NCBI GenBank assembly: GCA_041662725.1
Contig: JBAZRX010000001.1
Location: 85 to 64,084 of the forward strand
Origin: Minisyncoccota bacterium
GTDB lineage: Bacteria > Patescibacteriota > Minisyncoccia > Phycocordibacterales > PALSA-1337
Length of the DNA: 64,000 nucleotides
Direction: 5' to 3'
The notes under the pieces are model-generated. The model was not told where the DNA came from. It saw nothing but the letters and a program-made list of their open reading frames with translations, and did no database searches. This document shows, piece by piece, positions 55,824-64,000 of this stretch. A program made the translations under genes and the position numbers. How positions within the stretch are numbered: position 1 is the stretch's first letter; each line of letters opens with the position of its first letter.

Positions 55824-56435
55824 ATGAAAACATTTGAGACTAAAACATATAAAATACCAGTTCTAAAAGGCCTTTCACAAAAAAGTATAGACGAACACTT
55901 GAAGCTTTATGCTGGTTATGTGAAAAATTCAAATCTCGTTTTAGAAAAAATAGAAGAATTGAAAAAAGAACCAGAGAAAAATGCATATGCCTTAAGCGAA
56001 ATTAGCCGTAGATTCGGCTTCGAATATAACGGCATGCGTAATCATGAAATTTACTTCGCTTCACTTGAGGGTGGTGCAAATGCAATAAAAGAAAAAAGTC
56101 CTCTCTATCAGGCTATTACTGAAAACTGGGGTTCATTTGAAGCTTGGCTAAGTGAGTTTAAAGCTATTGCCATGACTAGAGGTATTGGCTGGGCAATGCT
56201 TTATTATGATTACAAAAACTCACGACTACTTAATGCGTGGGTTGATGAGCATCATATTGGTCAACTAAATGGCTGTGAACTGATTCTTGGACTAGATATG
56301 TGGGAACATTCCTTTGTCTTAGACTACTTACCTTCAGGAAAGAAAAATTATATTGAAGATTTCTTTGTAAATCTCAATTGGCGCGTAGTAGAAGAGAATT
56401 TTCTGGTAAAAAACAATATCGCAAATAATATATAA
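55824..56435 (+). CDS. Fe/Mn-family superoxide dismutase (divergent)
   Basis: 203 aa. C-terminal 'DMWEHSFVLDY...NLNWRVVEENF' matches the D-x-W-E-H-[STA]-[FY] signature; N-terminal 'LPVLKGL...EH...YV.N.N' helix-hairpin. 3' end overlaps the comEC 3' end by ~88 nt (convergent). Confidence 0.65.
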   Translation: MKTFETKTYKIPVLKGLSQKSIDEHLKLYAGYVKNSNLVLEKIEELKKEPEKNAYALSEISRRFGFEYNGMRNHEIYFASLEGGANAIKEKSPLYQAITENWGSFEAWLSEFKAIAMTRGIGWAMLYYDYKNSRLLNAWVDEHHIGQLNGCELILGLDMWEHSFVLDYLPSGKKNYIEDFFVNLNWRVVEENFLVKNNIANNI

Positions 56436-57742
56436 AAACCAACTACCCACCAACCAGAAAAAACTGGTATATTAACAGCCGCAAAAGGCAATTGCGCAAA
56501 TTTTTGTACCATAAATAACTCATATGAAAGTAAAAAATGTGTAATCCAACCAAAAACTTGAGCAAAAGGTAAATAAACCATACCAATTAATCCTGTAATA
56601 AAAACAAAAAACATCGTAACAGGAATAAAAGGTAAAACTAAAATATTTACAACTACTCCAATAATAGAAAGCTGGCCCATTGTATATAAAATATATGGCG
56701 AAACAAATATTTGTGTAGCAATCGTTGCCGCCACTATGCCACGAATACCAAATTTTTCTGGAATAAATATTAAATATTTTTCTACAGGTGAAGCCAGAAC
56801 AATCAAACCTAAAGTAGCTAAAAACGATAATTGAAATGATGGATCATAAAAAAGAATCATTGGATTTTGAATAAGCATAATGAGGCCAGCAAAAATCAAT
56901 GCACGAGTAACGTTGTAATCCCGACGAATCAAATCTGCCGAAAGAGCCACGCCAGCCATAAAACAAGAACGAATCACTGTGGCTCCACCACCAACCATTA
57001 TTCCAAATGCGGCTATACCTAGGCCTCCTATAGCTATTCCCCAAATACGTGGCAGAAACAATAAAATCCTTCTCATAGCATCACCAACAATAGTGATGTT
57101 ATAACCAGAAAGTACTACAATATGAATTAGTCCTACTGTACGAAAATCATTCAGTAAATCTTTACCTAAAGCAGCTTTCTCTCCCACCACAAGTCCTGAA
57201 GCTAAAGCCGCATGTGGTTCACCTAAAGTTTTTTCTAAACTATTTACAAATTTTCTTTTAAGAAAATACAACCAATAATTAATATTTGATTTCTGTCCAC
57301 CAGCTGATAAATTGGGATCTAAAATTCCAACTGTCGCACTTTTCATTTCAAAATAAATATCATTTTTAGCTAAATACCCTTTATAATTGAAAGATCTACC
57401 ATCACTACTATCAAAATTAATTGGTTGTAATAATTTTCCAGTAAACGAAATGCGATCATTAAAAATAAACTTCGGATAAAGTTTTGTCTTCATACGAATA
57501 AGAAAGTTTGCACCACATGATTTAGAAGTGCTTGCAATACTCAAAGATTCAACCGAAACAACCAGAACCTGTCCTGTTTCTTTGCGTTCTGGTTCAGAAT
57601 TAACAACACCAATACCATTTACAACTTGTTTTACACAAGAATCAACAGATGGTGGCTCTATATCAAAAGATTGCCATACACGAAATACAGCCGCCGCAAT
57701 AAAAATACTCCAAAAGATAAAAATCCCTCGCTTCATGAGCAA
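56348..57742 (-). CDS. ComEC/Rec2 DNA-uptake channel protein (DUF4131 + Competence domain only; MBL domain absent)
   Basis: 464 aa. 'LGEPHAALASGLVVGEKAALGKDLLNDFRTVGLIHIVVLSGYNITIV' Competence-domain consensus; polytopic. Confidence 0.7.
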   Translation of the reverse strand: MLMKRGIFIFWSIFIAAAVFRVWQSFDIEPPSVDSCVKQVVNGIGVVNSEPERKETGQVLVVSVESLSIASTSKSCGANFLIRMKTKLYPKFIFNDRISFTGKLLQPINFDSSDGRSFNYKGYLAKNDIYFEMKSATVGILDPNLSAGGQKSNINYWLYFLKRKFVNSLEKTLGEPHAALASGLVVGEKAALGKDLLNDFRTVGLIHIVVLSGYNITIVGDAMRRILLFLPRIWGIAIGGLGIAAFGIMVGGGATVIRSCFMAGVALSADLIRRDYNVTRALIFAGLIMLIQNPMILFYDPSFQLSFLATLGLIVLASPVEKYLIFIPEKFGIRGIVAATIATQIFVSPYILYTMGQLSIIGVVVNILVLPFIPVTMFFVFITGLIGMVYLPFAQVFGWITHFLLSYELFMVQKFAQLPFAAVNIPVFSGWWVVGFYILFAILFFTRKFSSTTRQLRFTKKSSI

Positions 57743-57745
57743 TCA

Positions 57746-57798
57746 TTTTACTCAGAAGAGATAAATTCCTGATAAAGAAGTAATAAAGATTTGATAAA
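57746..57798. promoter_or_regulatory. ~50-nt repeat (copy 2) immediately upstream of comEC
   Basis: 'gagataaattcctgataaagaagtaataaagatttgataaagattatagag'. Confidence 0.7.
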
Positions 57799-57800
57799 GA

Positions 57801-60797
57801 TTATAGAGTAGGTGTAATTTCAGGAGTAGGTTCTAAAACCGGTTCTGGAGTAGGTGTTAAAAGAGGTGTGAGTTCTGGTGTTGGAGTAAGAGTTACTTCA
57901 GGAGTAATCGTAGGTTCAGTTGGAGTAGCTGTTGGTGTTGGAAAAACTATTGGTTCTGGAGTTACGATAGGTTCTGTAGAAGTAGCGATGAACTCAGTTG
58001 AAGTGGCTACAGAAGGTGTTGAAGTTGAGGTTGGAGTTACTGTTGGAACTGGAGTCGCTTCTGGCGTAGGCGTGGATATTGGTGAAGCAATTGAAGGTGT
58101 AGGAGTTGGAGTTAATGAAGTTAAAGAGATTGTACTACTAGCGTTAATTAATAATGCTTTAATTTGGTCTTCATTAAGACAGGTCTCCCCAACACACAAC
58201 ATATCTGTTTTCACCCTCGTAAACACCCCACTCACCGCGGTAATCGTATTCATCGCAAGGTTCCCTATTGATTTGATAAGATCAAGAACAGCAGTAGCGA
58301 TCTTTTCAATAAATGACTGTGAATTGATGTAATCTGTAGTACTGGCTGTAGTGGTAGAAACAATTAAACTCCAGTTTTCAAGGTTTAAGAGACGACTATT
58401 TAAAGAAAGTGTAGTACTTCCTACATTAGTGATGAAATCATCAATTTTAGTGTTTAAGCCAGAGAATGTCAGAGCTTGTTCTTCAGCTGTAGTACTGGCT
58501 AAAGCATCTAGATTAGCTCTTAGAGTGTTTAATGATCTATTAAAGCAAGTAACACTGTTAGAACAGATGTCTCCTAAGATGTTCAGATTACCTTCTTCAT
58601 CTATGTTGAGTATAGAATCTCCTTTTTGATTCTGTAGAAAGAGAGCTTGTGGTACAGCGTCACTTAATGCTTCAGTGAATCTGAAGTTGTTGGCAAAGAT
58701 TAAGTCACCTGTGTATGTATTATCTGCTCTAAAGCCTCCTATGACTCTTATATTACCTATGATGGTAGAAGTAGCTAATGGAGTGTTTATAGTTAGAGTA
58801 CCATCGGAGTTGATTTGGAAGACGGTGGTGGTGGCAGAAGCTGTGGAGGTTGAAACAGCAAAGATTGGAGTTGTCTGGTTTGACGAACCTGCTACAGAGA
58901 GTTTGGTGTATGGAGAAGTGGTACCGATGCCGACGTTGCCTCTATCAAAAGTAAGAACATCAGGGTATGAAGTACCATTAGTCTGGTCAAATGTCCATCT
59001 AACAACACCTGCTGTAACAGATTGTTTAAGTTTCAAATTGTATGCCATATCTAATGTGTTATATCCCCACATTTGACTTACTATTTGATCACCACCATTT
59101 TTGGTATCAATATGAAGGTATGCTTGTGGTGAAGTTGTTCCAATACCAACTTTACTAGATGTAATTCTCATAACTTCACTATTGTTAGCATAAAAAGTTG
59201 GGAAATATCCTGAATGGAAAGAACCTATTCTTACCTCACCTGTTAAATTATTTCCGGTAATTCCACCAAATACAACACCGCTTGTTCCAGTCATTTTTAA
59301 TCCAATATCATCACTAGAATTTAATGGTTTTAAAGTAATTATAGGTAAGTCATCTGTAGATCCTTGAATAAACAACATGCCACTTTTTGTTCCTGTCCCT
59401 AAAGCAATAGGACCACCAAATGAACTTGTAGTTGTTCCTGCTGTGTAGATGGCGTAATTTTTTGTTGTACCCTTAGATAATTGAGGTATATAAACTCCGT
59501 AGTTATTCACAACAGTTCCACTACCTGTTGGATCAGCAGAGTAGGAACCATACATATTTGTTACTGTTCCATAATTAACCGATGGAACATTCACAAAACC
59601 ATACATTGTATCCATTGTTCCAGACGAACTGTAATTTGCTCCATTTTGAAAAGCAGCATAGTGTCCATAGTCAGCAACACCTCCGACAAATATTCTTCCA
59701 TCAAAAGAGTTATAAGAAATTGTACCGCTTCTGACTACATATGAACTATCAGAAAAAGCATGCCCATTTCCACTAACAGAATCATTAACTGATCTACTGA
59801 TTAGTATTTGTGAATCAACACTGTTATTATTTACTCCACTACCCACATGTAATATCGCTAGCGGATTCACTGTCCCAATCCCGACATTTCCAGCAGAAGT
59901 AATTGCCAAAGCCCTATAACTTGCATTTGTGGCTAAAGCATCAGAAGTAGTACCGATATAAAATTGACCGGAATTAGATTCTATAAACCAATGTTTTTGA
60001 TTAGTTGAAGCATCTGTATCAGAAAGTGTAATCTTTGGCGCTGTAGCTCCGGCAACTTGAAGGAGTGAAGTTGGGCTCGTCGTCCCCACCCCCACATTCC
60101 CTCCTCCTGTCGCTAAATAAGTAGAACCTGTTGTGGTTAGTTGAGTAGTTGAAGCATATCCAAGAGTTGTAAGTCCTGTCACATTCAAAGTAGATGAGAA
60201 AACACCTGTCGTTCCAGAGAATGAAGAGCTAGTGATAGCAGAACCAGAGATGTCACCTCCTGTAATAGATGGGCTAGTTATGGCACCATTGTTTGACACA
60301 GAAGAAACTGAAGCACCTGCGCTTCTAGCACTGCTATCTGCTTGTCTAGAGATACGGTCATATATAGCTTGCAGATCTGAAGAAGAGACATTCGCTGTTA
60401 GATTAGACTTAACAGTGTTTAACTGTGATTGAAGTGCTTGTACTTTAGCTTGAAGGTTAGCTAACAGTTGTTGATTATTTGATGTTGATTGTTGAGCAGG
60501 TGTTGTTTGTTCTACAGATGATGTTGGTGAATCTACATTATTGGTAGGATAATCGTTATCAAGTGTTTTGGTAGTTTGAACAGTATTATCTATATTACTG
60601 TTCTCTAATAACTCTGTTGGTGCTTCTGGTGTTTCTTCTACAGGACAAGTGAATACTAAACACTTAACACTATTCCAGATGCTAGCTAGAAGACTAAGGG
60701 GATTGTAATTAAAGGACGCTTCAGAGAATGAAGGTAGAACAAGAATAGCTACTATAAGTACGATTAAGATTCGCTTGCTGTAGGTGTTTAAATTCAT
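57801..60797 (-). CDS. giant secreted repeat protein with tail-fibre-like NVGIGTTSP repeats and PT-rich C-terminus
   Basis: 998 aa. Signal peptide. S/T/G-rich beta-repeat body with 'GNVGIGTVNPLAILHV', 'SKVGIGTTSPQAYLHI', 'GNVGIGTTSPYTKLSV'. C-terminal 'PTPTPSIASPISTPTPEATPVPTVTPTSTSTP...' tail. Confidence 0.7.
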   Translation of the reverse strand: MNLNTYSKRILIVLIVAILVLPSFSEASFNYNPLSLLASIWNSVKCLVFTCPVEETPEAPTELLENSNIDNTVQTTKTLDNDYPTNNVDSPTSSVEQTTPAQQSTSNNQQLLANLQAKVQALQSQLNTVKSNLTANVSSSDLQAIYDRISRQADSSARSAGASVSSVSNNGAITSPSITGGDISGSAITSSSFSGTTGVFSSTLNVTGLTTLGYASTTQLTTTGSTYLATGGGNVGVGTTSPTSLLQVAGATAPKITLSDTDASTNQKHWFIESNSGQFYIGTTSDALATNASYRALAITSAGNVGIGTVNPLAILHVGSGVNNNSVDSQILISRSVNDSVSGNGHAFSDSSYVVRSGTISYNSFDGRIFVGGVADYGHYAAFQNGANYSSSGTMDTMYGFVNVPSVNYGTVTNMYGSYSADPTGSGTVVNNYGVYIPQLSKGTTKNYAIYTAGTTTSSFGGPIALGTGTKSGMLFIQGSTDDLPIITLKPLNSSDDIGLKMTGTSGVVFGGITGNNLTGEVRIGSFHSGYFPTFYANNSEVMRITSSKVGIGTTSPQAYLHIDTKNGGDQIVSQMWGYNTLDMAYNLKLKQSVTAGVVRWTFDQTNGTSYPDVLTFDRGNVGIGTTSPYTKLSVAGSSNQTTPIFAVSTSTASATTTVFQINSDGTLTINTPLATSTIIGNIRVIGGFRADNTYTGDLIFANNFRFTEALSDAVPQALFLQNQKGDSILNIDEEGNLNILGDICSNSVTCFNRSLNTLRANLDALASTTAEEQALTFSGLNTKIDDFITNVGSTTLSLNSRLLNLENWSLIVSTTTASTTDYINSQSFIEKIATAVLDLIKSIGNLAMNTITAVSGVFTRVKTDMLCVGETCLNEDQIKALLINASSTISLTSLTPTPTPSIASPISTPTPEATPVPTVTPTSTSTPSVATSTEFIATSTEPIVTPEPIVFPTPTATPTEPTITPEVTLTPTPELTPLLTPTPEPVLEPTPEITPTL

Positions 60798-60884
60798 GTG
60801 TAAGATAAGGAATCCAGAGTTAAAAAACGCAGGGATTACTTGGTTGTAATTATATCAGAATTTATGAGGGGGGGGAAAAAATAG

Positions 60885-61000
60885 AGGGTGGGGATAACTA
60901 CTCTGGCTTAGGCTCTTATTGATTATTATTAGATATACCTAATACTACCCAATACTACCCAATTATACAAATGAGTCTTCTTCTACCCATGGGGATAACT
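60885..61000. repeat. direct repeats in the upstream region of the 57801..60797 gene
   Basis: 'ggggataactactc' at 60885..60898 and 60987..61000; tandem 'aatactaccc' x2 at ~60940..60962. Confidence 0.6.
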
Positions 61001-62321
61001 ACTCATTCTTAATATTTATCTCAATCCTAGATACATTTTTCGGTACTTTAGCCCACATAGGCAAAAGTTCTCCGGTAGCGGATTCAATAACAGAACTGTA
61101 GGTTCTAAAGACACTTTCTGTTTCTATTAGTGAAATACCAGCTAATTTACCCTTTATTTCTTCAATTGGTACTATACCAATAAGTTTTACATTACCCTTT
61201 GCATGAATTACTAAAGAAGTTTTTTTATCAGGTGAAAAGTCTTTAATATTATTGATCACCACGTCTAACGATTCCAAACCTGGAGCTGTATAAGAAAATG
61301 GTTCAAACAAAGATGTTGCACTACTACCAGCAAGAGCATCTATAAGAGCTTTCCTTGGAAATAAAATAGCATAGATCGTACCCTGTTCAGATACAGTAGC
61401 AGTCCCTGGTTTACCATCACCTGTCATAGGAACTCCAAATGTCGTTATGTAATTGGAATCATACATAATATATTCTTCTGGAATTTGTGACTTCACTTGC
61501 GACAATAGAGAAGTTGTCAGATTTGTTTTCAAAGCCGCAGTTGTTGAAGCCATAAGAGCTGGATTTATAATTTTCTTTGTACCAGAAAATCCACCTGCAA
61601 TATCTGTTAGGAGACGAGCGTAAACAGAATCGTATTTGACTGAACCTTTGTAAGCAACTATTTTTAAATCTCCAACTATACCCAACTTGGAAATATTATA
61701 ATTCTGTCCAGGTTGATCCGCGATAATACTTACATTAATTTTTCCTGCCACAATAGTACCAGTCGTTGACTTCGTATATCCTGGTACCACTATAGAACTA
61801 GTTAATTTATATAAAAGATTATTATCTCCAGACAAACGTGTACCAGCAATAAGTCGTATAGGTTGTGCACTAAAATTATTATATACAGTTACCTTACCTG
61901 TAGATTTTGTATTGGTTGTCGCACCGTTTGTAGCCGCTACTGTTGTTGATGCTGTGGCACGTATAGTCACAAGCTTATAAGGTATAATGCCATTTTTTGA
62001 TACTTTTTCTGATGAAGCTTCTGCTATATAAGGCTTTGTACCATTTATAACAATAGGTACTACCTTAGGAACTATAGTGAATATAGCTTTAGAATAAAGT
62101 GTTGAAGCGAAATATCCAGCAATTGCAATAATTACAAAAATTCCCAAAGTAACTGCCAACCACTTGAAATGACGACTCTTCTCACGACGTTGTGGTGGCG
62201 GAGGAGGAGTTATAGGCATACGCTTTAAAGGTTCTTTTACACGACGAACATGTATATCACGAGTTACGTCATGTATTTCACGATGATTTGCAGGAACTAT
62301 ATCTTCAACTCTTCTTGGCAT
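60999..62321 (-). CDS. hypothetical bitopic membrane protein (PilN/PilO-like placement downstream of a PilM-like gene)
   Basis: 440 aa. Cytoplasmic 'PPPPPQRREK' N-terminus, single TM 'WLAVTLGIFVIIAIAGYF', large T/S-rich extracytoplasmic domain. Confidence 0.35.
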   Translation of the reverse strand: MPRRVEDIVPANHREIHDVTRDIHVRRVKEPLKRMPITPPPPPQRREKSRHFKWLAVTLGIFVIIAIAGYFASTLYSKAIFTIVPKVVPIVINGTKPYIAEASSEKVSKNGIIPYKLVTIRATASTTVAATNGATTNTKSTGKVTVYNNFSAQPIRLIAGTRLSGDNNLLYKLTSSIVVPGYTKSTTGTIVAGKINVSIIADQPGQNYNISKLGIVGDLKIVAYKGSVKYDSVYARLLTDIAGGFSGTKKIINPALMASTTAALKTNLTTSLLSQVKSQIPEEYIMYDSNYITTFGVPMTGDGKPGTATVSEQGTIYAILFPRKALIDALAGSSATSLFEPFSYTAPGLESLDVVINNIKDFSPDKKTSLVIHAKGNVKLIGIVPIEEIKGKLAGISLIETESVFRTYSSVIESATGELLPMWAKVPKNVSRIEINIKNE

Positions 62322-62349
62322 ATAGCGTAATTATAGCATTAGTGGAATA

Positions 62350-63462
62350 TTATTCCATACTGTGAATAGCAACTGGTAAAAGATTAGATTCAGAGACTAA
62401 AGTAATCTTTATTTTTGGATATGCTTTCTGAAGTATTTCTGCAAAACAATTTTCATGTGCACAAGCTAAAAGAATTATTTTGTTAAAGTTTTGAATTTTC
62501 TGTGTAGAAATTGAAAAAACTTTACTAAGTTCACCCGTCCAACCTCCAGATATATTTTCAATTGAGGAATATACTTTTTTATTTTGTACTGGATCTAGAC
62601 GACGAGCTGTGTAAAGAGTAATCATAGAATCTGTTACATGGTGATTTATTTTCGTAGAGGCAGATATTTTCCTTATGAATGTATGTGTTCCAAACGGATA
62701 TGATCCAAAAAAGACACATGCCCGATCGTTAATAATAGCCACATCAGTTAACTCACCGTGGACATGTATAATAGCGTAATTTTTATCAGTAATTAGAGAT
62801 TTTTCTGCACCAATAAATTGTAATAACAATGATGAATGGAAACGTACTTTATGTGGATTAACAATGTGTTCACAAAGAGACGCAAATCGTTCCATGGTAT
62901 GTGTCCCAACTACAGATACTGTAAATGATACATCCAGTTTACGCGCTTCTTTATTTTGCCAATCACTAATTGAGTAACCATTTAAACGTACATCAAATAT
63001 TTTTTCCTCTACAACACGAATAGGTTCAGATTGTGACGGTATCATCTTCGCTCTTTCTTTTTCAATAAGTTCTGTAATGTATTCATGAGTAATCTTTGTC
63101 TCTTTTTCAAAGGTTGTAGAAATAAGCTTTGCTTGAGAAATCATCCACGGAGAAGAAAGTGAGAAATGCACAGAAGAAATCTTCTTGGGAAGATCATTAT
63201 CTTTACTTGCTGAAGAAAGAATATGCAGATGTCTAAGCGTTGTTTCTACAGCTTCACGAATAGCTTTTTCAGTTGTTTTTATTAGATAACGACTATCGGT
63301 ATGAGGTTTCCATGGTACTGGTATAGCGCACGTAAAAATGACTTTAGGAACATTAGATTCAATCTTATCTTTTTCCATAAGAATCAATGACCCATGAACA
63401 GCGCAACTTTCTACGCCAAGCAATAAAACTAATTTTTCATTATTACCATTAGAAAAGAGCAT
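62350..63462 (-). CDS. PilM-like / actin-fold (ASKHA) protein, putative
   Basis: 370 aa. N-terminal 'LVLLLGVESCAVHGSLILMEK' resembles the first phosphate-binding loop of PilM/FtsA-like proteins. Identification is weak. Confidence 0.3.
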   Translation of the reverse strand: MLFSNGNNEKLVLLLGVESCAVHGSLILMEKDKIESNVPKVIFTCAIPVPWKPHTDSRYLIKTTEKAIREAVETTLRHLHILSSASKDNDLPKKISSVHFSLSSPWMISQAKLISTTFEKETKITHEYITELIEKERAKMIPSQSEPIRVVEEKIFDVRLNGYSISDWQNKEARKLDVSFTVSVVGTHTMERFASLCEHIVNPHKVRFHSSLLLQFIGAEKSLITDKNYAIIHVHGELTDVAIINDRACVFFGSYPFGTHTFIRKISASTKINHHVTDSMITLYTARRLDPVQNKKVYSSIENISGGWTGELSKVFSISTQKIQNFNKIILLACAHENCFAEILQKAYPKIKITLVSESNLLPVAIHSME

Positions 63463-63483
63463 GGGATAATTATAACACTATTT

Positions 63484-64000
63484 TTATTGCAAAACCGCTT
63501 TAATTCTTCTCACTCCTTGCGCGACAGCTTCTTCTTTTTGGATCTTAAAACGCCACTTACCTTCTGGACCAGCTAAATCTTTAGTGTTTGAAACGTGAGG
63601 ACCGCCACAGAATTCTTTGGAATAAGCGGAATCTAGATCATTACCGATAAAATAGATTGAAATCTCATCGCCATACTTATCGCCGAAGAAGTGTCGAGCG
63701 CCAGTTTTTTCTGCCTCATTCAGGGACATTACAACTTTCTGGACTGGTAAGACGGCTTGAATCTTGGAATTTACAATATCTTCAACCTTCTTTTTTTCTT
63801 CATCAGTCATTTTTGTACCGTGAGAGAAGTCGAATCTTAGACGTTCTTCGGTAATATTTGAACCTTTCTGCATGACTTCATCGCCAAATATGTCATGTAG
63901 AGCTTGATGAAGTAAGTGTGTGGCTGTGTGATATCTCACGACCATTTCATTGTCTGTACTCGCCAAACCACCTTTGAATTTTTGTTCGGCTCCAAGTCGA
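63484..64000 (-). CDS. alaS: alanyl-tRNA synthetase, C-terminal portion (editing domain); gene continues beyond the window edge
   Basis: 'RYHTATHLLHQALHDIFGDEV.QKGS' (HxxxH zinc site) and 'EFCGGPHVSNT' (CxxxH) editing-domain motifs. Frame remains open to position 64000. Confidence 0.7.
   Translation of the reverse strand, partial: RLGAEQKFKGGLASTDNEMVVRYHTATHLLHQALHDIFGDEVMQKGSNITEERLRFDFSHGTKMTDEEKKKVEDIVNSKIQAVLPVQKVVMSLNEAEKTGARHFFGDKYGDEISIYFIGNDLDSAYSKEFCGGPHVSNTKDLAGPEGKWRFKIQKEEAVAQGVRRIKAVLQ

Noticed and set aside
57868-59076. Plus-strand ORFs 57868..58332, 58351..58629, 58675..59076
   Set aside because: Antisense to the 998-aa repeat protein gene; repetitive Gly/Val composition is a by-product of the PT/ST-rich sense strand.
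1-64000. rRNA genes, transposases/IS elements, prophage integrases
   Set aside because: No 16S/23S/5S-like conserved stretches and no DDE/tyrosine-recombinase-like ORFs were seen in any frame.

Overview
The window is an AT-rich (roughly one-third GC by eye), gene-dense bacterial segment with strong Candidate-Phyla-Radiation (Patescibacteria)-like traits: tiny intergenic gaps, ribosomal proteins carrying K/A/RGG-rich extensions, no rpmD (L30) between rpsE and rplO, and a truncated spc/alpha operon. Most of the minus strand from 52360 to 22872 is the str–S10–spc ribosomal super-operon: rpsL-rpsG-fusA-[insert]-tuf-rpsJ-rplC-[insert]-rplD-rplW-rplB-[insert]-rpsS-rplV-rpsC-rplP-rpmC-rpsQ-rplN-rplX-rplE-rpsN-rpsH-rplF-rplR-rpsE-rplO-secY-adk-map-ndk. 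Three non-ribosomal modules break it up, each with its own terminators. A 1439-aa secreted PT-rich giant protein sits between fusA and tuf. A MacAB-like ABC efflux module plus an HExxH membrane protein sits between rplC and rplD. An orphan sensor kinase, a membrane protein and a 305-bp nested palindromic element sit between rplB and rpsS. Elsewhere: a 1661-aa membrane-anchored alpha-2-macroglobulin homologue (GCVEQ thioester) carrying a 128-aa Hint/bacterial-intein-like insertion at the bait-region position and translationally coupled to a secreted MEMO1-family protein; a NUDIX + nucleoside-deoxyribosyltransferase-like pair, RhuM, a SWIB protein and tRNA-Ser(GCU); recG; a tRNA with anticodon UAU (Ile); ftsH; an smpB–ssrA (tmRNA) locus; cls; a ~56% GC foreign-looking ORF bracketed by hairpins; infC-rpmI-rplT; an RNase J-like beta-CASP nuclease; an S2P protease, rpmB and a Fe/Mn SOD; a split ComEC (channel gene plus a separate degenerate MBL gene); a second 998-aa secreted protein with NVGIGTTSP tail-fibre-like repeats; a PilM-like/TM pair; and the C-terminal part of alaS. 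The most distinctive non-coding signal is several families of intercistronic hairpin repeats built from tandem 8-bp units (ACAATT family, ACGAAT family) and a UGCAAA family that keeps the same RNA-sense orientation in operons on opposite strands. No rRNA, CRISPR array or transposase was found.
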